From Eledone cirrhosa (lineage: Eukaryota), in the NCBI GenBank assembly GCA_964016885.1, contig OZ024743.1:215078001-215142000 (forward strand): a DNA stretch of 64,000 nucleotides. Direction: 5' to 3'. The first letter of the stretch is position 1, and each line of letters begins with the position of its first letter. Under the pieces are notes generated by a model. It searched no databases and was not told the origin of the DNA. It was given only the letters and a program-made list of their open reading frames with translations. The position numbers and the translations under genes are program-made. This document shows positions 43,686 to 58,091 of the stretch, piece by piece.

Positions 43686-43844
43686 ATATATATATATATA
43701 TATAATATATATATATATATATAATATATATATATATATAATATATATATATATATATAATATATATATATATATAATATATATATATATATATAATATA
43801 TATAATAGAAAGATTTGAATGGATACAGTTTAGTTGAAAGGAAT

Positions 43845-43961
43845 TTATTGACACGTGTTTCTATAACAGTTACATAACCTAAAACAGCTATCTACAAACT
43901 TTTAGTTATGCAGACATTCAATATTTCAATGTTATTGTTTACTGTCATTTCATCAGAATAA
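43845..43961 (-). ncRNA. Type I hammerhead with long stem II (3' pLTR)
   Basis: ttatt-CTGATGA-a-atgacagt..(~70 nt)..actgttat-a-GAAA-CACGTG-TC-aataa; palindromic stem III ACACGTGT. Confidence 0.8.
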
Positions 43962-44552
43962 TATTACTGAGGACCTATTTAGTTTTTATAGAGAATATTA
44001 GGAGGAAGGGGTGAAGTTGTTAGAAGAATAGTTGAAGGAGTGGTTTTTCGATAGCAGTGAGAATTCTTGGTGGCAGTGATTAATTAGATTCCCATCTGTT
44101 GTTTTGACATTTTTTTATAGAATATATTATTGGTTATTTTTCTAAATCTATAGAAGGATTAGAGATAGTAAAGATATGCGTGGTTGGTTTTGTGTTTGCA
44201 CTTAACATTCAGACTTAAATTTTTCTTTCAAGTGTACGTATTCTTTCACCCACGCATTCACACACAAATATATTTGCACACCTCTACAAAATACATATAC
44301 TCACAATTCACATATTCATACTAACATATATATACACATGCATACACATATATATACACACATGTATTCATGTACATACATACGCGCTCATGTGTATACA
44401 TTTTCATACTCAACTTATCTTTATATATACACACGTATAGACACACACATATATACATACATACTCTAGTCCATGTGTACACACATACACATACATACAC
44501 ATCCATATACACATACATACATACACATATATATATACATATATACATATAC

Positions 44553-44595
<43 letters not shown>

Positions 44596-44596
44596 C

Positions 44597-44645
<49 letters not shown>

Positions 44646-44914
44646 AGCACTTTAATACTTGAATACACTTACATCTAACTATACACATCAAACATATATA
44701 TATATTTACTTATTTATATACATTTTCACATATATATACATACTTATGGACGTTTTTAGACACATTCATTATCGCATATTTGTACCTATTCTCATCAGCA
44801 TATCTTTTCATTATTAGTATGGTAATTTAAGGTTATTAATATATGTTGAAAAGAGATTGTTTTTATATTTTTCTAACTAGATTAAGGTTTATATAGTTGG
44901 GGGATGTCCCTCTT

Positions 44915-47236
44915 TTATGTAATATTCGGCTTGTAGTGGGAAAAAAGGGTTTTAGTTCTGTGACGGCAGAATAATGTTCGTTCAATTCTGTTATTCAGCA
45001 GTTTCTTCTTGTGTGTGATTATGTAATAAATCTCAAGATTACACAATTTGCAGAAATTTTGGCTCCTGGAAAAGCTTTGGGTTTTAGCTAATTTTTCCCA
45101 TTTTAGGGTAAACTTTTGATTGCTATCCCTGAGCGTCCAAGCTTTCTCTGCTAAAGTTGTTACATTTCTTTGGCTCTGGTGTTTTATTGAGTAAGAATGC
45201 CTATACAATCGAGATTTAAACGATGTTGCCGTTGATCCCACGTAATACCACTCGTTGCCTCCGGATTTAATGGTACACTTATAAATAATATTTTTTTCCA
45301 GGCAGTTATTGCCGAGGGGGCAGTTGTCAGGATAGGTGCAGTTACAGTTGTGTACGTTGGGTTTTCTCTGGAGTAGTATTGCGGACGAACTTAGGTGTGG
45401 TTTATTTATGTTCTGTAGTGTATTGTCTACTCTTTTTTTGGGGTTCTTTGTACTTAAGTTCTTAGTGTTTTCGTTTAACCTTCTAGTATTGATCTTTTTT
45501 ATGTGTTGTTCAAGGTTTAACGCTGTAGAGTATGACAGTCTTATAGTGGTAGGGTTTAGGATTTTGTGGTATTTGTGTGATGTGGGAAAATGTCTTTTAA
45601 TTATTTTAAAGAAGAGTACTGGTAAATTTGTACTAATGGAGCTATTGTATTCGGGGTTATACCATAAGTACTCTTTGCATCGCTTTCTATTAGTTTTGTT
45701 TGTTGGTTTACTGGTGTGCATACTATGGTAGTAAGTGTGGTTTGGTGTTGTGTTATTATATCTACCTATGTGGGATTTATTTTGGGTGTTTTGATTGTTC
45801 CCATCTATGTACTCTATTTTGTTGAGGTAGCCTGCTTTACTAAGGGCGTTATCGTAGTACTCGGCGTGTTCCTTAAATACTTGTATGTTAGAAGATAGAC
45901 CCGAGATTCTAAGGGAAATATTTTTAGGGATAGATTTAATTATAGAGATGGGGTGGTTAGACCCAACATTTACGTATTTGAGATTTTCATTCAATTTATG
46001 AAACGGTTTAATCAAACCAGAGTTTAAATTGAGTGTGACATCCAGGAAGTTAACTACTTTAAGGTTGTATTCATATGTTATAGTTAGTCCTATTTCGAGT
46101 AGTAGTTTTCTTATATCTTTGCGTAGTTTTTCCAGTTTTTGGTTATTAAGGTTTTTAGCTAGGAGGAGAACATCGTCGCGGTATATTCCGCCGTGGAGAT
46201 TGCTGAATTTTTCCTGGAGTCTAAAGGCGATAAATAACCCCACAATATCAGTTATTTCCGCCGAATCGTTAGAGCCCATTGTTATGTCAAAGTTAGAGGG
46301 TCTATCTTTACGTACCCAATAACTGTTCTCAAATTTGACTATAGTTTTCCTAGCTTCTAATATAATCTTAATTTCATCGTTTGTAAGGTCAGAGTTATCC
46401 TTAGCAAACTTAATGGCTCTATTCAAAGTTTCAGGTGATATCGATGAGTAATATTCATCGATATCAAACTGGATAAACTTAGATATATTCTTATTGCTAA
46501 TGCTATTAAACCATCTTATTGCTTCTTGGGTCTTCCCCCAGAGTTTAATGTTAACCTTAGCCTTAATTTGGGGGATGATTCTATCTAAGATATATTTGCT
46601 TATTTTACCTATATCTGATTTAGAGGGGCAGATTAATCTAATTTTAGGGTCATTATCAAAGTTTACCTTGTGGTCCTTAAGATTGAAAGTGGGTACCGCC
46701 GGTAAGAGTGGTCCTGTCCTATCTTCGATTCCGAGATTTTTCACTATTTCGCATGCCTCATCATTGATGTGCTTGAGGGTTACTTCACTCGTTTTTCTAT
46801 ATTTTTTATGTAATTCTTTTCGAATGAAGTTGTTGTATGTAGTGCAATCCATAGTGTACAGGTTTGATGTTTTGTCCGCTTTTACTACAATTCCTTTGGT
46901 GTTTTTAAGGTCGTCCAGTAGTTTTTTTATATCTTTCTGTAATTTGCTGTTGGTGTTGCGTCCTTTGAATTTAATTTTAAGGATTAAGTTCATAAGGTCC
47001 TGCTCAAATGCATCTAATAGTGGGTTGGTGGGTGGGTTTTTACAAGTCCTAAAACCGAATTTTTTGTTTACACCACTTTCTAATGTTGAGTTCATACGGC
47101 TTCTATCATAGTGGAGCGTTTTCCACCTGACACGTCGAATGAATTCATTAGTTTTTTGAATCATGCTCAATAAATATTCCTTTCTACCTTGGGTTGGTAT
47201 GTTTTTGAGTGACATATCCAGGTAGTGTTTTTCCAT
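44915..47236 (-). CDS. Naiad-type PLE RT + GIY-YIG endonuclease, 773 aa, intact
   Basis: SLKNIP, RVRWK, KADKT, KDHK, RLICPSKSDIGKISK, FDIDEYYSSI, MGSNDSAE, GIYRDD, FLDV, CNC..CPL..C, IIYKC..YVGST, CKLC, CRH. Confidence 0.97.
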   Translation of the reverse strand: MEKHYLDMSLKNIPTQGRKEYLLSMIQKTNEFIRRVRWKTLHYDRSRMNSTLESGVNKKFGFRTCKNPPTNPLLDAFEQDLMNLILKIKFKGRNTNSKLQKDIKKLLDDLKNTKGIVVKADKTSNLYTMDCTTYNNFIRKELHKKYRKTSEVTLKHINDEACEIVKNLGIEDRTGPLLPAVPTFNLKDHKVNFDNDPKIRLICPSKSDIGKISKYILDRIIPQIKAKVNIKLWGKTQEAIRWFNSISNKNISKFIQFDIDEYYSSISPETLNRAIKFAKDNSDLTNDEIKIILEARKTIVKFENSYWVRKDRPSNFDITMGSNDSAEITDIVGLFIAFRLQEKFSNLHGGIYRDDVLLLAKNLNNQKLEKLRKDIRKLLLEIGLTITYEYNLKVVNFLDVTLNLNSGLIKPFHKLNENLKYVNVGSNHPISIIKSIPKNISLRISGLSSNIQVFKEHAEYYDNALSKAGYLNKIEYIDGNNQNTQNKSHIGRYNNTTPNHTYYHSMHTSKPTNKTNRKRCKEYLWYNPEYNSSISTNLPVLFFKIIKRHFPTSHKYHKILNPTTIRLSYSTALNLEQHIKKINTRRLNENTKNLSTKNPKKRVDNTLQNINKPHLSSSAILLQRKPNVHNCNCTYPDNCPLGNNCLEKNIIYKCTIKSGGNEWYYVGSTATSFKSRLYRHSYSIKHQSQRNVTTLAEKAWTLRDSNQKFTLKWEKLAKTQSFSRSQNFCKLCNLEIYYIITHKKKLLNNRIERTLFCRHRTKTLFSHYKPNIT

Positions 47237-47440
47237 TGTTGTGGTTGCGTTTGCTGTGTGGGTTGCTCGACTTTACAGGAGGTAAATATACAGTTTTTTC
47301 CGTTGTGTTGTAATATAAATATTACACACAGTAGATTATCAGCTCACGTAGAGTTTGCTCGACGGTTCCAGTTGTAGTTCCAAAAGTAATCCGGAGAAAA
47401 ATAGAAAGATTTGAATGGATACAGTTTAGTTGAAAGGAAT

Positions 47441-47557
47441 TTATTGACACGTGTTTCTATAACAGTTACATAACCTAAAACAGCTATCTACAAACCTTTA
47501 GTTATGCAGACATTCAATATTTCAATGTTATTGTTTACTGTCATTTCATCAGAATAA
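47441..47557 (-). ncRNA. Type I hammerhead with long stem II (5' pLTR)
   Basis: Copy of 43845-43961. Confidence 0.8.
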
Positions 47558-48141
47558 TATTACTGAGGACCTATTTAGTTTTTATAGAGAATATTAGGAG
47601 GAAGGGGTGAAGTTGTTAGAAGAATAGTTGAAGGAGTGGTTTTTCGATAGCAGTGAGAATTCTTGGTGGCAGTGATTAATTAGATTCCCATCTGTTGTTT
47701 TGACTTTTTTTATAGAATATATTATTGGTTATTTTTCTAAATCTATAGAAGGATTAGAGATAGTAAAGATATGCGTGGTTGGTTTTGTGTTTGCACTTAA
47801 CATTCAGACTTAAATTTTTCTTTCAAGTGTACGTATTCTTTCACCCACGCATTCACACACAAATATATTTGCACACCTCTACAAAATACATATACTCACA
47901 ATTCACATATTCATACTTACATATATATACACATGCATACACATATATATACACACATGTATTCATGTACATACATACGCGCTCATGTGTATACATTTTC
48001 ATACTCAACTTATCTTTATATATACACACGTATAGACACACACATATATACATACATACTCTAGTCCATGTGTACACACATACACATACATACACATCCA
48101 TATACACATACATACATACACATATATATATACATATATAC

Positions 48142-48179
<38 letters not shown>

Positions 48180-48399
48180 TATATATATAATATATATATA
48201 TAATATATATATAATATATATAATATATATATATATATATATAATATATATATATAAATATATATAATATATATATATATATATATAATATATATATATA
48301 ATATATATATATATATATAATATATATATATAAATATATATAATATATATATATATATAATATATATATATAATATATATATATATATATAATATATAT

Positions 48400-48524
<125 letters not shown>

Positions 48525-48571
48525 TATATACTGTATATATATATATATATATATATATTGTATATATATAT

Positions 48572-48609
<38 letters not shown>

Positions 48610-48698
48610 ATATATATATATATATATATATATTGTATATATATATATATGTATATATTGTATATATATATACAATATATATATATATATATATATAT

Positions 48699-48808
<110 letters not shown>

Positions 48809-49030
48809 ATATATATATATTATATATATATATTGTATATATATGTAGATAACTCTACCAAAATCTACTGTAGTGTCCAATCCGTATGAAGAACTCAATG
48901 TAATCCGAATATCATGAAAAGAGAACATGTATTCAAAAAATGTTTTCGGTGAAAATTAACGGAAAACAGAGTCAAGATAAATTAATAAAATAATGAATAA
49001 ACAAAGAAACAGTTCCTCATATTAAACAAT

Positions 49031-49167
49031 TCATCATTTTACGATCGTTTCTAGGATATATATGTTAGTGTTGTTATGCATATCCTATAGATCTATGTAA
49101 ATTTTTACAAACTATCAGAGGGAATATACATACGTACACATATATATGCTGTCTTCAGAAATAATGA
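49031..49167 (-). ncRNA. Type I hammerhead with ~100-nt stem II
   Basis: tcattattt-CTGAAGA-...-GAAA-CGATCG-TA-aaatgatga; 9-bp stem I, GUA site. Confidence 0.8.
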
Positions 49168-49858
49168 TATTTGTTTATTGAAAAAAACCAACAAAGATTT
49201 AATACAATAGGTCTGTTTGGGAACAGGTTTTGAATTCACCAATAGAAAGATAGTGAAGGTCAGGATAGTAATGTATGGGTAGAGGAAGGTAGATTTCAGT
49301 TTTGGATGGAAAGAATATTATGAATGAAAGATTATTTTAGGGATGAGAATAGGTCATATGGTGGCCTCAGGAATAATTATATTTGTTCATTGAATAAAAC
49401 CAACAAAGATTTAATATAGTAGGTCTGTTTGGAAGCAGGTTTTGAATTAACCAAAAGAAATGTAATAATTGGCCAAATGGTAAAATAGTAGTAATTGAAA
49501 TTTATTTTAGGGGTAGAAGAAGGCAGATTTCAGTTTTGAATGGAATGAGTATGAAGAATGAAAAGGTTATTTTAGGGGGGAAAATAGGTCAGGTCAGTAA
49601 AAGGTAACACGAAAAGTTGCCGTTATAAAAGAATAATGCCAATGTAAATATCTAAGGAGACTAACATTTTACGATAAAAGTGTTAGTGAAAAAAATATAT
49701 ATGGAATGTACATCTATGAAAAGAATATAAATTAATTTAATTGATGGGTATATTTATATTGATAAAATTATATTAATGCATATAGATATGATAAATAAGA
49801 GTTAGATGTAATTGAAGAGTGCTGTTAAAGACGAGGAGAAATTAAAAACATATAAAAA

Positions 49859-49901
<43 letters not shown>

Positions 49902-51257
49902 TTGGGGGCGGGGCGAGTTAAATTTATTAGTGAGAAATAATAAATATATAGAGATTTCAAGGAACATAGAATCATAACCTGAAATTAAAACATTATATAT
50001 GTTTACTTAATGGTATCAATTTTAGGAAAAGATAGTTGTAAGAAGGAAAGTAAAATTATGTAGTTCATCTGTAGTAGAATATTAATTATAGGTTAACTAA
50101 ATTAAAAATAGTTTTTATATTAATTTCTAAAATGTATATTAATTAGGTTTATAATATTTAAAGGTTTTTCTCAGTTTATGATTACACTATATTATTAATT
50201 CCTGTCGCTTAATTAATAGGATATCCTTAGATTTCATTATTTCAAAACGTTCTTGGGAACATAATCTACATTCATATCTATTAATTTGATAAGGGGTGGC
50301 CCTTTTGAGCACACTCCAGGTCAGGTCATAATCTATATTCCTCTTTCTATAATTATTAACTATTTCAGCTAGAGATGTATTAGCAAATGCGGCATTTTTA
50401 AAACTCTGTTTGTGGGTATTAAATCTTACCTTAAATTGGTTAGAGGTAGCTCCTATATATGAATAAATTGAGTCCTTAGTGTTAACTTTACATTTATATA
50501 CTATGTTATTAACAAGGCAATTTCCTTTTAATGGGCAGTTTGCTTTGTATCTACAGTTACAACTTTTCGTGAATCCTGTATCAGAGGAGATATTATGGTT
50601 AGTTTGATGTACTGGTGGTATACTCATGGTTTTTTTTACATTTATATGCATTGTAGGCACTTATATTTTGTTTTATGTTTTTGGTTGTTGAGTAGGAGAA
50701 TTTAGCCGTTGATCTATTTAAAATTTGATGTTATTTGTGGTTTGGCGGGAAGTTCTTCTCTAGGATATTAAAAAAATGTTTAGGTATATTATCCTTAATT
50801 TGTAAATTAAATGGAGGATTATACCAAGTAACTAGTCTATTACGGTTTCGATGTTGTTTATTGTTTTTATAGGATGTATCCTGATGTTTATTAAGAGAAT
50901 TATTGTTAATGACTTCACCACACACATCTTTAGTTAGATTTATTGACTTAGGTGTTTTAGCTTGTTTATTAGGAGTTTTATTATTAACATTTATTAGAGT
51001 AGTAGGATGAGTAGTTTTTTGAGAGTTACTATATTGTATATTAGAAGAGTTAGAGAAATTTTGTTTTATGTTGGTATTTAGGGGTATAGTGTGAGTGGTA
51101 TGTTTCATTTGGTGTTTGTTGGTAATATTAGGTTGTATGTTTGTAGTGTTATTGGTACAATCTTGACCTTCACTATCGTTCTATTGATCAATTCAAAACC
51201 TGTTCCCAAACAGACCTATTGTATTAAAACTTTGTTGGTTTTTTTAATAAACAAATA

Positions 51258-51395
51258 TCATTATTTCTGAAGACAGCATTTATATGTGTACGTATGTATA
51301 TTCCCTCTGAGAGTTTGTAAAAAAATTACATAGATCTATAGGATATGCATACCGACACTAACATATATATCCTAGGAACGATCGTAAAATGATGA
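51258..51395 (+). ncRNA. Inverted copy of the 49031-49167 hammerhead with GAAA mutated to GGAA
   Basis: tcattattt-CTGAAGA...taGGAAcgatcgta-aaatgatga. Confidence 0.6.
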
Positions 51396-51615
51396 ATTTT
51401 TTTAATATAAGGAACTGTTTCTTTGTTTATTCATTATTTTATTAATTTATATTGTATATATATATATATTTTATATATATATATATATATATATTGTATA
51501 TATATATATTATATATATATATTATATATATATATATTGTATACATATATATTATATATATATATATATATTGTATATATATATATATATATTGTATATA
51601 TATGTATATATATTG

Positions 51616-51665
<50 letters not shown>

Positions 51666-51815
51666 TGTATATATATATATATATATATATTGTATATATA
51701 TATATATATATATTGTATATATATATATATATATATATTGTATATATATATATATATATATATTGTATATATATATATATATATATATATTGTATATATA
51801 TATATATATATATAT

Positions 51816-51899
<84 letters not shown>

Positions 51900-51942
51900 A
51901 TATTGTATATATATATATATTATATATATATATATATTGTAT

Positions 51943-53221
51943 ATTTATTAAAATAACAGATTAAAGTTTAAGCAAATAATCCCTGCTTTCACCCTTAACG
52001 CGATCTTCTGAAACTAACAAAGTCAATCTGTAAACGCAGAACTGGATATTTCAAAAAACGTTGCACCCGGAGGAAGACAGGAAGACGATACTTTGGTTCG
52101 TGGAAACGTTCCCTATGCAAATAAGTAAAGGAATAAAAAAAACATGTACTTAGCTCCCGCATCAAGACGTAAAATATCCACGTATAGATCGTGCTATCCG
52201 TTAGGGTATATCGTGGGGCTGTAATACAGGAAGGTTTTGTGCAATTTATGTTTACAAACCGAAATTGCCTCGGATTTTTTGTTTAAGATGTGGTCTGTGG
52301 CGTAGAGTATTTCCAGGGCCTCAGCTGCGCTGAGGTCACATGGTCTTTTATTTCCGTAATACGATCTAGCCCTAGCTAGGATCTCCCAGTGTAACTTATA
52401 TTGGGTGTGGTTATCTTTTAGACTCCAGATATAAGCTGAAAGTGACGTCATATTCCTTCTTAGAGGGTAACGAAAAGAATGGGTATGCATGTAAAGACGC
52501 TGCTTGAAACTATTGGCGGTTAACCCTATGTAGACCCTACGGGACGTGGGTGTTACGACCTTACATTTGTAGACAATGTTACTAGAGAGGCATTTCCCAG
52601 ATAGGGGGCAATCAGCCCGATTCCTACAATTACAGTTAGTACTAACTACAGGGTTGCACGTGTTCTTACGGCTAGGTAGTTTAGCTAAATTTTAAGCTGT
52701 GATGTTATGTGCAAGGTTAGGAGTCGTAGAGTAAGAAATTTTAGTAGTATTTCTATTAAAAATGTTACTATATGTAGGGGGGAAATGCTTCGTAATAAGG
52801 GAAAGAAAGATCTTAGGTAATGGTGTCGCCACCTCCATATTATATGGTGGGTTAAACCAACACATGCGACGGGATCTATTTCTTCTAGGTCTATTTTCGT
52901 ACTCTGTATAAGCTACCTTATCGACAAATCCACTTCGAGCAAGAACTTCATTGTAATAAGTGGAATGGTCGTTGAAAATGCGCTCGTTGGTGGAAAGACG
53001 GGAAAGCCTCAACAAAACATTTTTTACCAGGTTTTTGGTTATGCTGGCAGGATGGTTGGAATGCTTACTTATGTAATTAAGCGTATCATTCGGCTTTCTA
53101 TACGGGTAATACAACCCATTCAATAAATTGAGTGTAACGTTTGTTAGTTTCAGAAGATCCTCTTAAGGGTGAAAGCAGCGATTCTTTGCTTAAACTTTAA
53201 TCTGTTATTTTAATAAATATT
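51943..53221 (-). mobile_element. 5'-truncated degenerate Naiad-type PLE with inverted 5' pLTR
   Basis: PYRKPN..YISKHSNHP, CWFNPPYN, CNCRNRADCPLSGKC, IVYKC..YIGLT, CKH. 51943-52022 is the reverse complement of 53140-53221. Confidence 0.9.
51965..52015 (-). ncRNA. Hammerhead-like motif with A4 core variant (copies at 53146-53196 plus and 55528-55578 minus)
   Basis: agttt-CAGAAGA-t-ccc gttaa ggg-t-GAAA-GC(A)..(T)GC-TT-aaact (consensus of three copies). Confidence 0.55.
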
Positions 53222-53386
53222 TGCTCTACGGTTTTTATATATTTGATATATATTTTCCTTATCGAGCCCTCTTTGGATTTTAGTCTTCAGTTTTATTATT
53301 ATTACTATATATATTGTATATATATATATATTATATATATATATATATAATATATATATATATATATTATATATATATTGTATATA

Positions 53387-53495
<109 letters not shown>

Positions 53496-53750
53496 CCCCC
53501 ACCCCACATACACTACAGACGAAAACATCTCTATGATCTATTCCGCCAATCAAAACAAACCTTATTGACAAACATATGAACTTCTGACTTTATCATATAT
53601 CATGTATTCATTTTCTACTAGCATTTTAAGGGGTCCGTCGAGCTGCGGATTGTAGAGTCGAGTAAGATCAATACTGATCGAAACTCGAGCTGATCAGTCA
53701 CCTACCAATAAATGTAATGAAGGTGTAACCAATCGTCCTTGTTATCATTT

Positions 53751-53873
<123 letters not shown>

Positions 53874-54628
53874 ATCGGAGAAAGCTTTTTAGCGATACTC
53901 CGGCCAAATTCCAACTCACTCAACAAACATTAGGAAATAGGTGATTATATTCCCAATTATGCGTTCGGGGTGCTAACTAAAAGTATTGCGTGGAAAATTG
54001 GCTGTATTATTTCATATGAGACATATCTAATATATCTCTTCCCAGACGGACTTCTCGTTTCATTATAGTATTCCTACAATTTGGGTGAAATTATACCAAT
54101 TTATGTAGGAGCTTGTATACCATCAATAGATATTAATTCAAGTTGGCTCCTATAATTCATCAGTGGGTGCTCCAATAATACTAATATTGATAATCTAACC
54201 AACATCAGTATTCAACGATAATTATCATCCTCTGTGCCTGAGGTATTTGTCAGGTTGTCAGTCCAGCAGTTCTAAAGAAGTGCTCAAACTGATTCAAAAA
54301 TTGAGGAAGTAAATTACCGCCAAAAAAGCAATACATGCGCATGACAATGAACTCTGAAAGGAATTCAGGCCACGTGCTAAGATCTCAATTGGAAATTGAA
54401 AAAATATCTATGTGTGTAACATTTGATGACACACACAGATATTTTCTCGGGCAAAATAACAGAATGAGATATAAGGAACAATCAATATTCATATATAAAA
54501 AATAAACAAAGAAATGCTAACCTTATACCGGGAATTTTTTTCGAATATGTTGCGCCAAGAGTAAATAAATAAATACAATATCGGAGAAAGCTTTTTAGCG
54601 ATACTTCGGCCAAATTCCAACTCACTCA

Positions 54629-54906
54629 AAAATGTAAGTAATCTAATTTAATAAATTTAAAATTAAAGGGGAATATATTGAAATATCAGCAGAAAGATCA
54701 CAATGGAATATTTATGATAACAGTATAAACTGAATCAATATCCACATATAAGGTAAATTATGGTGTTATCGATATCCATCTATTTAGTCGCGTTTTGCAT
54801 TGTTTGTATAAATTGCTCTTCTCTACATCCCTCACTCTCTCTAAATTTCTGGTTATATTGACCACAACTTCCCGTCTTCCTCCTTTCCCATGTTGCCTGT
54901 TGTATT

Positions 54907-54953
<47 letters not shown>

Positions 54954-54954
54954 T

Positions 54955-54995
<41 letters not shown>

Positions 54996-55137
54996 GTAAT
55001 AATAATAAATTTGAAGACTAAAGTCCAAAGACGGTTCGATAAGGATAAATATATATCAAATATATAAATGAGTCTCAAAAGTTCGGAACTAGGTGTCGAA
55101 ACGATCGGAGCTCAGCTGTCGGGATCCTGACTCTTTT

Positions 55138-55188
<51 letters not shown>

Positions 55189-55308
55189 CGAAGGAAATGT
55201 GGTAAGGAACCAGGTGGACCATAACGCACCAAAGATTTTTTTTTTTTTTAGTCCTGAATTAGCCGTCGAAACGGCTTGAGCTCAGCTGTCGGGGTCTTAC
55301 TGGTTCCC

Positions 55309-55343
<35 letters not shown>

Positions 55344-55957
55344 ATAAGAAAAGAGTCAGGATCCCGACGGCTGAGCTCCGACCGTTTCGACACCTAGTTC
55401 CGAACTTTTCCTATTACCCTATCTACTACCCTATGTATTGACTACTCTAGTGCCTTATGATCCACCTGGTATCTTGCCACACACTCTTTGTATATATATA
55501 TATATATTTATTAAAATAACAGATTGAAGTTTAAGCGAAGTATCGCTGCTTTCACCCTTAACGGGATCTTCTGAAACTCATTTATATATTTGATATATGT
55601 TTATCCTTATCGAGCCGTCTTTGGACTTTAGTCTTCAAATTTATTATTATTACTAGAGAGAGAGAGTGAGAGAGAGTAAATACAACAGGCAAAATGGGAA
55701 AGGAGGAAGACGGGAAGTGATGGTCAATATAACGAGAAATTTAGAGAGAGTGAGAGATGTAGAGAAGAGCAATTTATACAAAAAATGCAAAACGCGACTT
55801 AATAGACGGATATCGATAACACCATAATTTAGCTTATATGTGGATATTGATTCAGTTTATACTGTTATCATAAATATTCCATGGTGATATTTCTGCTGAT
55901 ATTTCAATATATTCCGCTTTAATTTTAAATTTATTAAATTAGATTACTTACATTTTC
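54629..55957. repeat. Nested inverted repeats of pLTR-derived sequence
   Basis: 54629-55070 is the reverse complement of 55577-55957; 55077-55138 of 55348-55409; 55197-55232 loosely of 55451-55483. 55581-55653 also matches 53234-53306. Confidence 0.85.
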
Positions 55958-57018
55958 TGTCTTGCAAAATCTTGATATTCTCTTGACTTTCTCATTGATT
56001 TGACGACATTTGCTTCTGATTTTCAATGTATTGCCAACGAACCATAAATACGCATGCACTCGTTTTCATATAGCAGCGTATTATGTTTCTATAATCACTG
56101 AGAAAAAAATGCAAATATTAGTAATATGTGCTAGATAAGGGATCTTCCATTTTATGTGCATCGTATGGATGGAAACACATTTCACAATTTACTCTGAGAT
56201 ACATTTGACTCGCGCGAATGCTGCAGAGATTTTCTAACTTAGAAGATATATATATTTCATGCAATATTGGCAGACATAATTATCAAATGCACACACACAC
56301 TAACACATCCCCACATACACTCACACACTAACACAGACATACTTATATACACTCACATATATAAACACACACATACCCCCCCCCCCCCAACATGCAAGTA
56401 TTTGTATAACCAAGCCGATTGTAAGCTTATTGAATGTCATACATGATAAATTCTGAGCGCATCTAAGTCTTTGCTTGCAGAGAGAAAAGAAAGTAAATAA
56501 GTAGCATAAGTTTTTAACAGCTGAGAAAGAGCAAGTTATGTCATATGAAGAAATATAACATTAATTCGCGCTAAAATGACCATACATAAACAATGAACCA
56601 AAACAATATGATCTTTCCTGCAACAGCGAAGAACAATGTGGAAACGTTGTTTTGGTCTCGATTTCACTTTATTTTCATGCTAATGTCCTATATACGAATT
56701 AGATAATGGCAATTTAGTGTTACTCAGGTCTCACTATAAAATGTATGAAATAGCCATAATCAAAATTCTATAGATTTAAAAGATGTATGAAATTATATAT
56801 TGTGTTCACAGGTCTGTACTTTCATCCTATCTTATTCCCCATGTCTTCCTGCACAGACTAGAAAGCTAGCATTTGGCCCTGTAGCAACTTGAGTGTTCCA
56901 TATAGAGCCATGGATCCATATGTGTATCGCATGTGGTTCTCTGCAGAGAATATTGTACAAAAAGGAAATATCTGTTTTCTATCTGTATATTTCGTAGTTA
57001 TTATTAACTACCTGTCAA

Positions 57019-57210
57019 GGGCGGTGGATTGGCAGTATCGGTAGAGGGTTGGACGCCATGCTTTCCAACATAGTTACGTCCCTTTACGATCTGAGTTCAA
57101 ATCCCGCCGAGGTTGACTTTGCCTTTCATCCTTACGGGGTCGATGAAATAAAGTACCGGTAACGCACTGGGTAATTGCTGGCCTTGTGCCTGAAGGAGAA
57201 ACAATTATTA
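57019..57210 (+). mobile_element. tRNA-derived SINE (cephalopod-like)
   Basis: Pol III A box TGGCAGTATCGG, B box GAGTTCAAATCC, body gcctttcatccttacggggtcgat, (att) tail. Confidence 0.85.
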
Positions 57211-57819
57211 ACTACCTGTCAATTAAGTATCTTTTACGACAGCATTTGCTTTCTGATCATCTCATCAGCATACACCAAATTGTTTTACTACACAGCACTA
57301 GTGCCACGACGAGAAAACCCAACATTGTTGCAATTAGTATCATGTTCCATGTTGTGACATTCCATGTATTTAAATAACATGTTCAGGGCAGATGGTTTTC
57401 TTTCCGTCCACACTTTCGACGATATAAATCATAAACTCTGTATTGAGCAGAACTATCGGCCAGTATTATTCCACTGTGTACGTATTTCATCTCAAAGATC
57501 TGAGAATCCACCCCTCCTGTTGACGTTTGCAGCAAATATCCGTAAGGACATTGGCAAACATTTGTGGATCATTTAAGTAAATATCGTCGAGCAGACGATC
57601 CAAATTCGACAACATACATTTCGTACAACATTGTAGCACCATCTTTATTTCAATTGCTGTTATTGCATTTTCAAAGCACTTTTCTTTGTGACATCGCAGG
57701 TGGGCTCGCTAGGAAGTGCAATCCATTAGAGTCCCTGTGTCTCGTTCGCATTGAATGGTAGTACAACATGATGTTGCAAAGTTTGAAGTCGAGCTACATG
57801 TACACGTACTGGGCAGACA

Positions 57820-58042
57820 TAATAATAATGGACTTCTGATTTAAGCACAATGCCAACCATTTGGTGGGAGGGTAAAGTCGATTAAATCGACCCTAGTTCA
57901 TTACTAATGCTTTATTTTACGACCCCGTGAGGATGAAATGTAAAGCTAATCTCGGTGGGATTTGAGCTGGGACCGTAAAGGTCGTAACTCTATGCAACAC
58001 ATATGTTGTCCGACACCTAACCCATACTACTAATCTACATCC
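57820..58042 (-). mobile_element. Decayed SINE, same family
   Basis: cgaccccgtgaggatgaaatg..ctcggtgggatttgagc is the reverse complement of the SINE body and B box; (aat) tail at 57820. Confidence 0.75.
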
Positions 58043-58044
58043 CT

Positions 58045-58046
<2 letters not shown>

Positions 58047-58091
<45 letters not shown>

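Larger units (their letters stand above)
43804..48170 (-). mobile_element. Intact Naiad-type PLE with direct pLTRs
   Basis: Near-identical direct repeats ~43804-44570 and ~47400-48170 around a single 773-aa ORF; flanked by (AT)n. Confidence 0.95.
48845..51448 (-). mobile_element. 5'-truncated Naiad-type PLE with inverted 5' pLTR
   Basis: ORF remnants 50187-51160 (TWYNPPF, CNCRYKANCPLKGNC, IVYKC..YIGAT, CRLC). ~48978-49263 is the reverse complement of ~51163-51448. Confidence 0.9.

Noticed and set aside
57019-57110. tRNA gene
   Set aside because: A and B boxes are present but there is no cloverleaf, and it continues into a SINE body repeated elsewhere.
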